From Escherichia phage vB_EcoS_HdK1, in the sequence record MK373794.1: a DNA stretch of 64,000 nucleotides; one strand, written 5' to 3'. Below the pieces are notes generated by a model. That model did no database searches. It saw only the letters and a list, made by a program, of their open reading frames with translations, and was not told the DNA's origin. Below, piece by piece: positions 1-8,206 of this stretch (positions within the stretch are counted from its first letter, which is position 1; every line of letters starts with the position of its first letter). The translations under genes and the position numbers were made by a program.

Positions 1-339
1 ATAAAGGGGTCTCGTGGGGTCGTCAGTAGACAACTCAAAAATAAAAAATCTTTATAAAATTTATATAAATACACACATATACACATTTTTACCTTATTTT
101 TCATGCACTTACCTCCTTTCATTTCGTATATTAAGCGACAATATACGAGCAATATAAGAAATATTTGTTGCGCAACAACGAGGCGCTCACAAGCTCGCGC
201 ACGCGCATAATGCGGGCACGCGGTCTAACACAAAAGAAAATTGAATTGCAAGCGATTTTTGCTGAGGTAACTCTCGAAGCGAAAGCGATTTGCGAGTTTG
301 AAATTTTGTAGCCCGAAAACGATTCTATTTTATGGTATA

Positions 340-660
340 AATGTCGGATTTTTCGGTGAAAGGTGGCTTTTCGGTGAGGTTGGGTGGCTGGGATCGGTGT
401 AACTGGTAGCCCATAAAGCGAAAATAGCCGCGAAAACGGGGCACGCAGCGCGATTAAATGGTTGGATCAGTGTAAGGGTGGCGGTGAGGGGGCGAAAATG
501 CCGCAAAATCGCTTACAGGGATGCAGGGAGTGGGCCGCTGTAAGGGCGTATAAGGCGATTAAATTGGAGTCTATGGTAATGTATGGAAGATGGATTTAGG
601 CTCTTAGAGCGCGAATGGTGGAGCTATGGGTGAGGAATATGTGGTCAGCAGGGTAGCGCG
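340..660. repeat. Non-coding G-rich region with reiterated CGGTGAGG / TGTAAGGG-like short motifs
   Basis: No ORF of 60 aa or more; repeated motifs such as cggtgaaagg, cggtgagg, cagtgtaaggg, ggcggtgaggggg, gctgtaaggg, gggtgagg read directly in the sequence. Confidence 0.5.
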
Positions 661-675
661 GGAGGTTATGCAGGT

Positions 676-714
676 ACAAAAACGAAAGCGCCCCGTTGGA
701 CTTCAACAGGGCGC
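676..714 (-). terminator. Rho-independent terminator candidate downstream of the leftward small-gene operon
   Basis: GC stem gcgccc / gggcgc (688..693 and 709..714) with 15-nt loop; on the minus strand it is followed by a T-rich tract (revcomp of 676..687). Lies just past the stop of CDS 738..986. Confidence 0.4.
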
Positions 715-737
715 GGATTGTATAATGCTTTTAGAAG

Positions 738-986
738 TTATTTACTAGTTAATAATACCGCCCAGGTATTATCTGGAAGCGTACCAACTCCGAGTATCTT
801 AAACTGAAGCGACTTGTTCTGCATGTTGTAGTTGTCGAGTAACTCCTGGGCAGCCGCAGCAGCGTTCGCTTCACCGTTCAGGTTGTAGTCGTTTGCAGTT
901 ATTGCACACATACCGAGACCGACCGCTTTGAAGCGCATACCTTTGGATTGAGTCGGTGCAAGTGCTTTAACATGGATAGCGTTCAT
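738..986 (-). CDS. hypothetical protein (82 aa)
   Basis: ORF with GGAGA Shine-Dalgarno-like sequence upstream of the ATG; balanced composition. Confidence 0.6.
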   Translation of the reverse strand: MNAIHVKALAPTQSKGMRFKAVGLGMCAITANDYNLNGEANAAAAAQELLDNYNMQNKSLQFKILGVGTLPDNTWAVLLTSK

Positions 987-1015
987 ATTATTTATCTCCG
1001 TTACAATTTGAAAGG

Positions 1016-1279
1016 TTAGCAGTTTTTTAACAGGTTGATGAAGCCCACCAGCGTGGACGCTGTTGCAACCAGGCGGCCCATAGTATGCAGTTCCGCGTAA
1101 ACTTTACCGTCGTCAAACACAGTTAAATAAACGTTAAGACCATTGCAACGGACGCGATATTTGCGCGAGTTATTACCAAAAGTTTCCAGCTCTGCGGTGA
1201 TAGTCGCAAGATTAGCTATACGTTTGCCGATAATGCGGCGAGTGATAGTGGACTGGTTTAATACTGTAGACATAATCAT
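1016..1279 (-). CDS. hypothetical small protein (87 aa); paralog of 2588..2893
   Basis: ORF with AGAGGAA RBS; N-terminal motif QSTITRRIIGKR shared with the protein at 2588..2893 (QSQITKRIIGKR). Confidence 0.6.
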   Translation of the reverse strand: MIMSTVLNQSTITRRIIGKRIANLATITAELETFGNNSRKYRVRCNGLNVYLTVFDDGKVYAELHTMGRLVATASTLVGFINLLKNC

Positions 1280-1341
1280 TTCCTCTGTTAACTATGCGAA
1301 GTGCATATTATTGCCCACTGTTACTATGGGCAATGTATATG

Positions 1342-1506
1342 TCACTCAGCGGACACATATTCTAACGCTTCTGATAGTGTAGCGAAGTAACCATCGCTCA
1401 CCAGATTAATAGCGTACTCAAGTTGATCGCGGGTCAGGTTGCGAAACTTGTTACGGATGTGATAGCAACGACCGCGATAAATAACCTGGAAATAGTTGCG
1501 TTCCAT
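1342..1506 (-). CDS. hypothetical small protein (54 aa; ORF-track version 1342..1662 is probably over-extended)
   Basis: Internal ATG at 1506 is preceded by AAGGGGA RBS; the longer ORF overlaps the well-formed gene 1517..1762 in another frame. Confidence 0.4.
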   Translation of the reverse strand: MERNYFQVIYRGRCYHIRNKFRNLTRDQLEYAINLVSDGYFATLSEALEYVSAE

Positions 1507-1516
1507 AATTATCCCC

Positions 1517-1762
1517 TTATGCAACGATGAACGCGTAACCGCTTTGATCCGGGAGTTCACCACCGGAAAGAATTTCAAACTCAACGCCCGCTTTATCGCT
1601 GAACTTTTTGATAAGCTCTTCCGCTGCGGCGCGGTGGTTGCCGTAAACACCAAGATCGTCACGCCACGTGATAGTCAAGGAGCCGTTCCAACCTGTTGCT
1701 TTTACGCGCGGGTTACGGGTGGCAGTCGGGTTCATGAATTTTGTGATGATAGCTTGAGCCAT
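1517..1762 (-). CDS. hypothetical protein (81 aa)
   Basis: ORF with GGAG RBS upstream; protein-like composition. Confidence 0.55.
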   Translation of the reverse strand: MAQAIITKFMNPTATRNPRVKATGWNGSLTITWRDDLGVYGNHRAAAEELIKKFSDKAGVEFEILSGGELPDQSGYAFIVA

Positions 1763-1767
1763 GATAA

Positions 1768-1953
1768 TTACTCCGGTAAAATTACAGTGACGTTAATATT
1801 TGCAAGGCGAGCGCACTCGCGGAAACCTTTTACATAAGCATCCATTTCGTCATAGGATGCGAAAGTTGCGTCCGGGACTGGTCCGTTGTTAATATTCACG
1901 CAATATTCGTGTTCGTCCAGGTCAACCCAACAAGTCAGAACGATAGTTTCCAT
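1768..1953 (-). CDS. hypothetical small protein (61 aa; start at internal ATG)
   Basis: ATG at 1953 preceded by GGAGGG RBS; ORF-track version extends to 1986. Confidence 0.45.
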   Translation of the reverse strand: METIVLTCWVDLDEHEYCVNINNGPVPDATFASYDEMDAYVKGFRECARLANINVTVILPE

Positions 1954-2031
1954 ATTATTTGCCCTCCGTATAATACAGACCCGCAACTATTGGAGCTCCG
2001 AAAACTAAGAAAGCTAATAAATAGAACATAA

Positions 2032-2511
2032 TTAGTTACCCCCTTTATTGTTGAGCCCGTTGAATTTACGCCATGCGTAGAATTCAATCGTTGCATTATT
2101 AATATTCCAACCATTAGCTTTCGCAAGGTCACGGACGTTACCAATAGTTGGCACACCATCAGGCAACATATTATCCAGGGCATTCCAAACGTCTGCGCAT
2201 TTACCTTTAATCGGGCGACGAACCCCGTTGCGCGTTTCGCTGCGCGTTTTGCTCTTGGCTGGAGCGACCGGAGCTTGTTGTGTGGTCACTTCCACGACAG
2301 TCGCTTTATCAGCTTCCACCAGATCGCTAGCTGCCTTATTAACCGCGCTTTCGCTGTACCAGTAGCGACCACCGTCTTCGTGCGGTTCCTGGTGAATAAA
2401 GCTATTTGCTGTCGCAGTGTCCACATCCAGAACCTTTTTTAAGGCACGGCGAGCGTTAGACATAGTGGCGAAGAAGCGAGCGTCTTTTGCTACGCGAGTG
2501 ATAGTAACCAT
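2032..2511 (-). CDS. hypothetical protein (159 aa)
   Basis: ATG at 2511 with GGAGA RBS; ORF-track version 2032..2526. Confidence 0.55.
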   Translation of the reverse strand: MVTITRVAKDARFFATMSNARRALKKVLDVDTATANSFIHQEPHEDGGRYWYSESAVNKAASDLVEADKATVVEVTTQQAPVAPAKSKTRSETRNGVRRPIKGKCADVWNALDNMLPDGVPTIGNVRDLAKANGWNINNATIEFYAWRKFNGLNNKGGN

Positions 2512-2587
2512 TGTGAATATCTCCATGTTGTTCTAGCGGATTGCTAGTGGGAGCCCACTGTTACAATGGGCAACCATTAGCACGCTA

Positions 2588-2893
2588 TTATTGTTGAATA
2601 GCTTTATCTATCATTGCGATGAAGCAGAACACAGACCAAAGGCTATTCGCTTGGCATACTGCGCGACCATACATTACGCTATAAGAGCTGACAGTACCGT
2701 CCTCGTTAATGCGAATATATAACGCGGTGCTGGAATACTTTTCGTTGCCCGGGAGCATTACTAAATACTCGTCGAAACCCCAATCCCCGTCGACTTTTTC
2801 CGCAGTAAGGCCCAGTTGGTGCAGTCGCTTGCCAATAATGCGCTTAGTAATCTGAGATTGGGACATGGAACGCGGTAAGTAGATAATGGACAT
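2588..2893 (-). CDS. hypothetical small protein (101 aa); paralog of 1016..1279
   Basis: ATG at 2893 with AGGGAGA RBS; shares the ITKRIIGKR N-terminal motif with 1016..1279; ORF-track version extends to 3010. Confidence 0.55.
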   Translation of the reverse strand: MSIIYLPRSMSQSQITKRIIGKRLHQLGLTAEKVDGDWGFDEYLVMLPGNEKYSSTALYIRINEDGTVSSYSVMYGRAVCQANSLWSVFCFIAMIDKAIQQ

Positions 2894-2968
2894 AATGCAA
2901 TCTCCCTTCGGGTGAGGCGGGCGCGGAACCCGTGTCCCGCTTAACAACCCCCTTAACCCTACACAGTT

Positions 2969-2997
2969 ATAGTATGACAACGGGGTATCAGATGCAA
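2969..2997 (-). promoter_or_regulatory. sigma70-like promoter candidate driving leftward transcription of 2893..738
   Basis: Minus strand reads TTGCAT-N17-TACTAT (revcomp of 2992..2997 and 2969..2974). Confidence 0.25.
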
Positions 2998-3073
2998 CTA
3001 TTATCTGCAATATTTTAGAACTTTTTTAGTTGTGTTTCATAATAATAACATCCGGGACTATGCGGTAGATGGT

Positions 3074-3147
3074 GTGCCGGAAATACCAGGTAGCGCGAGC
3101 GTGCCGAAAATACCAGGTAACAGCACGCGCCGAACATACCAGGTAGC
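3074..3147. repeat. Three 21-bp direct repeats (iteron-like), consensus GyGCCGrAmATACCAGGTArC
   Basis: gtgccggaaataccaggtagc (3074..3094), gtgccgaaaataccaggtaac (3101..3121), gcgccgaacataccaggtagc (3127..3147); spacing 27 and 26 bp; non-coding region. Confidence 0.6.
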
Positions 3148-3535
3148 ACATACATAGACAGCACATAGTGGGCAGGTGGATAGTAACAGATGCAATTATA
3201 CTGGACGGTACAGTATAGTCATGTAATAGATAGCATACTAATTAAATAAAAAATAATAACGCGTGTAACAATAAACAACGTTACAGTAGAGCGCGCAACA
3301 GTCACATGACGTAACAATCACCTCACTGACGATCACGGGACGTTATAGTAACGCCGCGGGGCGGCTCTTAGATCTCTGCCAAGGATTCTAGACGTAAACA
3401 TTGAATCGCCACTAGACTATTTACATCACAACCTCACTCCTCACACAATAATACATAGAATTTAAATCCGTATATAAATACTCGAGATAGTATCTACATA
3501 TTCGAGGATGAGTGCTCAATCATTGTAGGTTATAA

Positions 3536-4015
3536 ATGCGTATCAATTGGTGTGATTATTTCTCTTACGAAGATGGTAGACTTTACTGGAAGGCCAGTAG
3601 AGGAAGAATACGAGTAGGTTCAGAAGCCGGAAGCGAGGACCAACAAGGTTACATTGTGGTCAGGTTAAACGGGAAAGATTATAAAGCCCACCGCATCATT
3701 TGGGAAATGCACTATGGGCCGATACCAGAAGGAATGGAAGTTGACCACATTTGGCATAACCGAAAAGATAACCGGATTGAGAATCTGCGGTTAGTGACGC
3801 GTACAGGTAATGGGCGTAATCAGTCTAAATTTGCGACAAATACATCAGGTGTAACTGGTGTGAATTGGAATAGCCGGGCTGGTAAATGGAGAGCGGAAAT
3901 TTATGTTGATGGAAAGCATATATCTCTTGGTTTATTCACAATCTTTAATGATGCTGTCTTAGCGCGTAAATCGGCCGAGGCTAAGTATGGTTTCCATAAA
4001 AATCATGGCGAGTGA
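3536..4015 (+). CDS. HNH homing endonuclease with AP2 DNA-binding domain
   Basis: HNH motif EVDHIWHNRKDNRIENL; AP2-like segment GVTGVNWNSRAGKWRAEIYVDGKHISLGLF. Confidence 0.8.
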   Translation: MRINWCDYFSYEDGRLYWKASRGRIRVGSEAGSEDQQGYIVVRLNGKDYKAHRIIWEMHYGPIPEGMEVDHIWHNRKDNRIENLRLVTRTGNGRNQSKFATNTSGVTGVNWNSRAGKWRAEIYVDGKHISLGLFTIFNDAVLARKSAEAKYGFHKNHGE

Positions 4016-4075
4016 GCATGTTAATCAACTTGCGTATCCTGTTATAGTTATTCCGTTAACGTTAAAGGGGTTTAT

Positions 4076-4441
4076 ATGAACGAGAATATAGTTAAAGCCT
4101 GGTCTATCTTACGACCACAGCTGAAAGACGATCATGTCGCTTTTGTTTTATGTCCTGCTAACGAATATCGCCGGAAGCTCGAAGAAGTGTTGCGCGAAGA
4201 TCCTGAGTTCGTTCGCTGTGTGCAACTGTCGCGCGAGTCATCTGTGGTACAGTTTGATCGTTTCCATCTTCGTTTGGTTTCTCATCACAGAGCATCGTAT
4301 GAAGACACTGTTATTCGTACGAGTGGCTTTCATTGCGATATTGCAATTCTTGACTGCAAACTGGACATTGGGCAGAAACAGGATTTATATAATCTCGCTC
4401 GTGAACGTCATGGTGAATTGTTAATTGTGGAAGTGCAATAA
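4076..4441 (+). CDS. hypothetical protein (121 aa)
   Basis: ORF in a compact same-strand gene array; no recognised motif. Confidence 0.5.
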   Translation: MNENIVKAWSILRPQLKDDHVAFVLCPANEYRRKLEEVLREDPEFVRCVQLSRESSVVQFDRFHLRLVSHHRASYEDTVIRTSGFHCDIAILDCKLDIGQKQDLYNLARERHGELLIVEVQ

Positions 4442-4779
4442 TGGCCAAAGATATCGTTATTCCGAAAATGTATTGTCAGCTCCGTGATACTTTATTACAG
4501 AGCGGCTGGATTATTAGTCACAGCGATGTAAATGACACTTATATCGTTCTTATACCACCTGAAGGAACGATATCTTGCATTTTGCACTATATGCCCGAAG
4601 CAAAGACGGTTTATCCGAACGGGTCGTTCTTGCTTCGTCTGCGCTCCGACACATGGAAGATCCAGACTGATACCTGTGCAATTGACGAGAATACCAGTAA
4701 AGAGTTTATTCGCAAGCTAACTCAGCTGAATAAAATCTACGAGCATGTTAAATTTGATTTGTTTAAGGAAGTGTTCTAA
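4441..4779 (+). CDS. hypothetical protein (112 aa)
   Basis: ORF start overlaps the previous stop (ATGG/TAATGG style coupling). Confidence 0.5.
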   Translation: MAKDIVIPKMYCQLRDTLLQSGWIISHSDVNDTYIVLIPPEGTISCILHYMPEAKTVYPNGSFLLRLRSDTWKIQTDTCAIDENTSKEFIRKLTQLNKIYEHVKFDLFKEVF

Positions 4780-5219
4780 TGGTTACTATTAACGATCGCA
4801 TCACACATAAAACTCAGCCGACAATGATGTCTTGCATGGCAGCCTGTTTGGCTATGCTTCTTGACAGGGATGTTGAAGAGGTTGACAACGAATTCAGCCT
4901 AGACTACGTTCGTGGGTATATTGATGTTGCTACTTATCTATATCGACAAGGTATCTTTGCACAGCCACATATCACTGCCGGTATGCACCAAATATATCCA
5001 GGGCGCTTGTATCTTGCGACTGTACCTTCTTTGCAGTTACCTGGGCTTTTCCATCAGATCATTATTGACGCTCGTTTTGACGGTGTAACCGTATACGATC
5101 CAGCTAAAGGTCTGGAAGGGAAACAATATTATTCCTATGACCACATTGCAGAAGAAAACGAGCTGGCGTATCCTTTGCGGTCTTTCTTGATTGATTACGA
5201 AATTATATTACCGGAGTGA
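4779..5219 (+). CDS. papain-like cysteine peptidase, C39-like domain (putative)
   Basis: Q-x5-C signature QPTMMSCMAACLAMLL and a His block HQIIIDARFDGVTVYDPAKG resembling the C39 peptidase Gln/Cys/His arrangement. Confidence 0.45.
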   Translation: MVTINDRITHKTQPTMMSCMAACLAMLLDRDVEEVDNEFSLDYVRGYIDVATYLYRQGIFAQPHITAGMHQIYPGRLYLATVPSLQLPGLFHQIIIDARFDGVTVYDPAKGLEGKQYYSYDHIAEENELAYPLRSFLIDYEIILPE

Positions 5220-5222
5220 TTC

Positions 5223-5576
5223 ATGAGCTTGCAACGTTTTGACAATGCAGAACTCGCGTGTGAATTTGCAAAGCGCAAGTTCGCTAAAACAGGTACGCCG
5301 CGATGCGTGCACGCGGCTATTGGGCAAAATGGGGCAAAGTATTGGTACGTTGGTACAGTAGCTCAGATCAAGCGAAGATTCGCGACTACGCTCGAAATGC
5401 GCCGGCTTGGGTCCCCTACACTTGTACGAAACAGGCACTTGGATAAAGAGGAAATTTATCAATTTCTCAGAAATTACACTGGTAAAGAGAATAGATTTCA
5501 GGTTGCAGCGAAAGAGTTTAATATTGGTCTTTCCACTGCTTATAAAATTTATCACATATATGGGCGTTTAATATGA
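5223..5576 (+). CDS. hypothetical protein with C-terminal helix-turn-helix-like segment
   Basis: C-terminal KEFNIGLSTAYKIYHIY resembles an HTH; otherwise unassigned. Confidence 0.45.
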   Translation: MSLQRFDNAELACEFAKRKFAKTGTPRCVHAAIGQNGAKYWYVGTVAQIKRRFATTLEMRRLGSPTLVRNRHLDKEEIYQFLRNYTGKENRFQVAAKEFNIGLSTAYKIYHIYGRLI

Positions 5577-6076
5577 CCGCAATTGCTTATCGTAATGGGA
5601 TATTAGCTGTAGATCGACAGGTTACATGGGGTAATATTGCAACGACTACGAATAAAGTTCATACTATCAGTATTCCAGGGATTGGTCTGTGTCTTGTTGC
5701 CATGTCTGGTAAACTACGTGCTGTAGATGACATTGTAGAACATTTACAAACTACGTCACGTGGACGCAAAGAACCTTTCTCAGATTTAAACCCAGATTCG
5801 CGTTATGGTATTGCTGTGACGCAGGAACTTGTCGTATATCCTATCTACGGGGATGGTAAATTAGGTCTACCGGACACTAACGAATTTATTGCGGAAGGTA
5901 GTGCGTTTGAGTTCTTGATGGGTGCAATGGCGGGAGGTTGCACCGCCGAAGAGGCTGTACGACTGGCGTGCGTATACTGCGACAGTTGTGGTCAAGGGGT
6001 TAAGTTCTATGACGTAGCTTATACTCTAAAGTGGCGCAGTGTAAAATCGAGGAGAAACCATTTTGAAGAAGCCTAA
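5573..6076 (+). CDS. HslV / proteasome beta-subunit-like Ntn hydrolase (putative)
   Basis: N-terminus MTAIAYRNGILAVDRQVTWGN parallels HslV [25 protein letters not shown] (Thr nucleophile directly after Met); later IAEGSA resembles HslV IAIGSGG. Confidence 0.5.
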   Translation: MTAIAYRNGILAVDRQVTWGNIATTTNKVHTISIPGIGLCLVAMSGKLRAVDDIVEHLQTTSRGRKEPFSDLNPDSRYGIAVTQELVVYPIYGDGKLGLPDTNEFIAEGSAFEFLMGAMAGGCTAEEAVRLACVYCDSCGQGVKFYDVAYTLKWRSVKSRRNHFEEA

Positions 6077-6254
6077 GACTGGTCTGTTCCTTTGTGTTGG
6101 TGGACCTTTTGACGGTAAGCGTATACGCTTAACAACATCAGATTTGTATCCAAGTTCTTCCGTTTTCTCTGTTCCATCCTATAAAAACGGTGAGAAGGGG
6201 AAATACGTCTGGAATGATGAAATTCGAAACAGTGTAATCTGGAGAACATCGTGA
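6063..6254 (+). CDS. hypothetical small protein (63 aa, TTG start)
   Basis: GGAGAA RBS 8 nt upstream of TTG. Confidence 0.4.
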   Translation: MKKPKTGLFLCVGGPFDGKRIRLTTSDLYPSSSVFSVPSYKNGEKGKYVWNDEIRNSVIWRTS

Positions 6255-6478
6255 GTGATTCTACAAATGCGCAATTAGCCGCTGCAAGAGTGTATATGCG
6301 CGGAGCTGCCGCTGAGATTGATGCTTTGCCACAATTTGAAAAGCATGTACAGCAACTCGAAGATAAATTTAAGACTCTTAAAGATCTAGGGGATACGAAA
6401 GATGCTATAGCCTTTCTTCTTGCTATCCAATACTTGTCTATGGGGGTTGGTGACAAAGTATGTTCCTTAGAAGAATAA
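6251..6478 (+). CDS. hypothetical small protein (75 aa, GTG start)
   Basis: GGAGAA RBS upstream of GTG; coiled-coil-like composition. Confidence 0.4.
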   Translation: MSDSTNAQLAAARVYMRGAAAEIDALPQFEKHVQQLEDKFKTLKDLGDTKDAIAFLLAIQYLSMGVGDKVCSLEE

Positions 6479-6990
6479 TTGGTATTGTTGCACCTTGGAT
6501 ACCACTTGTCATAATTGTTATTCTAGCCAACTGGGCTTATGACAATGCCATAGAATCAGCTAGAAAGGAGGGTTTCGATGCCGGTGTGTCGTACCAAAAA
6601 GAAACTCAGAAAGCGGTTGATTTCGAGGAGGAGAAACGAAGAGCGTATGAGAAAGACACTATCGAACGTCAGTACAGATCTCGTATTGAATCTTTGGTTG
6701 CGATCTTAATAATTATCGCGCTACTAATGACAGGTTGCACAACGAAATCGCAACCGTCCGTAAGTACCTCGGTGACGCTACCGGCCCTCAGCCCGACAGC
6801 AAGACAACCGCCCAGATCGCCCGTGTGCTCACCGAGCTGTATTCAGAAAGCGTCACAGAATACAGACAAGTGGCAGAAGAGGCTGAAAAGTATCGTATTG
6901 CCGGCGAGCAGTGCGAACTACAGTATGATGCAATGCGAAATCCGCGTAAAGAAAAGTGATAAACTGCAAAGTCCTTGCCGGGTTGCGTAA
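6460..6990 (+). CDS. spanin-like locus (N-terminal TM domain; lipoprotein-box segment; coiled-coil C-terminus in another frame)
   Basis: N-terminal TM helix IIGIVAPWIPLVIIVILANWAY; signal-plus-lipobox LVAILIIIALLMTGC followed by Pro-rich tail; an overlapping frame (6690..6959) encodes a charged coiled-coil segment. Confidence 0.4.
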   Translation: MFLRRIIGIVAPWIPLVIIVILANWAYDNAIESARKEGFDAGVSYQKETQKAVDFEEEKRRAYEKDTIERQYRSRIESLVAILIIIALLMTGCTTKSQPSVSTSVTLPALSPTARQPPRSPVCSPSCIQKASQNTDKWQKRLKSIVLPASSANYSMMQCEIRVKKSDKLQSPCRVA

Positions 6991-7081
6991 CTAAACGTTC
7001 AATCTTAATTGCACATAATTGATTGTGTACATGTGATAATTCAACTATGCTCTATTCGGTTTAACTGAATGGAGCTTTTTT

Positions 7082-7516
7082 ATGACTGTGCAACCACGAG
7101 GTATCCGGAATAACAATCCGGGAAATATTCGTTGGGGTGATAATTGGAAAGGTCTTGTTCCTGAAAACAAACGGACTGACCGTTCCTTCTGTCAATTTAT
7201 CGATGTAAAATACGGTATTCGCGCCATTGCGCGTATTCTACTAAACTACCGCAACCGCGAAGGAATGAAACGTGTCGGAAACAAAGGGATTGACACTGTA
7301 CGGGAGATTATTTCGCGCTGGGCTCCGCCGAATGAAAATAACACTGAAGCCTATATTCAATCTGTGGCTAAGGCTTGTGGTGTTGGTGCAGAACAGCCGA
7401 TTTCAGTGACCGATGATAAAATCATGCTTGCAATCGTGAAAGCGATTATCAAACATGAGAACGGTGTGCAACCTTATTCTGATGAAGTTTTGCTCGCGGG
7501 TATTCACATGGCATAG
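7082..7516 (+). CDS. hypothetical protein; candidate endolysin by position only
   Basis: 144-aa soluble protein between the spanin-like and holin-like genes; conserved-looking motif RNNNPGNIR; no catalytic family confidently recognised. Confidence 0.3.
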   Translation: MTVQPRGIRNNNPGNIRWGDNWKGLVPENKRTDRSFCQFIDVKYGIRAIARILLNYRNREGMKRVGNKGIDTVREIISRWAPPNENNTEAYIQSVAKACGVGAEQPISVTDDKIMLAIVKAIIKHENGVQPYSDEVLLAGIHMA

Positions 7517-7529
7517 TAAGAGGTTATAA

Positions 7530-7838
7530 GTGTCGCCGAACTGGGATTGGAATATAGTTTTTATTCTCACTGCCATTGCGATGGTAGGGGGTTCCCTTGG
7601 CTACGCTGCAAGAACCCATGATGCTAAAGAAAGGTTCAGACTTAGTGTCTTCATTCAAGAGGGTGCTTTTTCTGCATTCTTTGGTTTCTTGATAGGTGTA
7701 ATTAACGTGGAACATGGTGTCTCACTGGGGCTCAGTGGGGCGTTCATAGGCGTGTTATCTTGGTCCGGTTCAAGAACCATGCTAAAGTTTCTACGGAGAA
7801 AGACAGAAGCATGTGACCGAGAAAAGGAAAGAGGTTGA
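7530..7838 (+). CDS. holin-like membrane protein (putative)
   Basis: Three predicted hydrophobic helices and a charged C-terminus (RRKTEACDREKERG); AGAGG RBS before GTG start. Confidence 0.45.
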   Translation: MSPNWDWNIVFILTAIAMVGGSLGYAARTHDAKERFRLSVFIQEGAFSAFFGFLIGVINVEHGVSLGLSGAFIGVLSWSGSRTMLKFLRRKTEACDREKERG

Positions 7839-8077
7839 TTATGCGTCACTTCATCAATGATCTTCTTATATTGTGTAAGAAACCGCGATTGCTTTTCATC
7901 TATATGATGATTGGACTTGCACAAATTGGAGTCAGTGCTATCGCCATTGATCAGATGCACAAGAAACACAGGGCAAACCTGCAACCTTCAACACCACCTG
8001 TTTATGTGGTCAATAAGGTTGAACAAATCAAACAAGACATCCGGGAGATAACGTACATTCCTAAAGTTGAAATGTAG
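7835..8077 (+). CDS. small membrane protein (single TM; possible antiholin or spanin component)
   Basis: 80 aa with central hydrophobic helix LLFIYMMIGLAQIGVSAIAI. Confidence 0.4.
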   Translation: MIMRHFINDLLILCKKPRLLFIYMMIGLAQIGVSAIAIDQMHKKHRANLQPSTPPVYVVNKVEQIKQDIREITYIPKVEM

Positions 8078-8092
8078 ATTGGTTTATAAGTA

Positions 8093-8130
8093 AAGCCCGC
8101 TCCTTGAATTTATATCGAGCGGGCTTTTTA
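8093..8130 (+). terminator. Rho-independent terminator
   Basis: Perfect 10-bp inverted repeat aagcccgctc / gagcgggctt (8093..8102 and 8118..8127) followed by TTTTT. Confidence 0.6.
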
Positions 8131-8160
8131 TTGACATTTGCTATAACCCTTGCAATTAAT
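8131..8160 (+). promoter_or_regulatory. sigma70-like promoter candidate for the terminase/morphogenesis operon
   Basis: TTGACA (8131..8136), then 18 nt, then ATTAAT; lies immediately after the terminator and about 50 nt before the terS RBS. Confidence 0.3.
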
Positions 8161-8206
8161 TAATCCACCGCTTATATTCGTGTCAAGAATCGACAGGAGT
8201 AACGTT

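Larger units (their letters stand above)
1..3308. repeat. Window-end exact duplication, copy 1 (identical to 60693..64000); genome unit length 60,692 bp
   Basis: Sequence from position 1 reappears from 60693 to the window end; ORF-track proteins at 738..3010 are identical to those at 61430..63702 (offset 60692). Confidence 0.9.

Noticed and set aside
721-726. Perfect TATAAT hexamer on the plus strand (TTGTATAAT)
   Set aside because: Would drive transcription antisense to the minus-strand genes with no downstream plus-strand ORF; no convincing -35 element.
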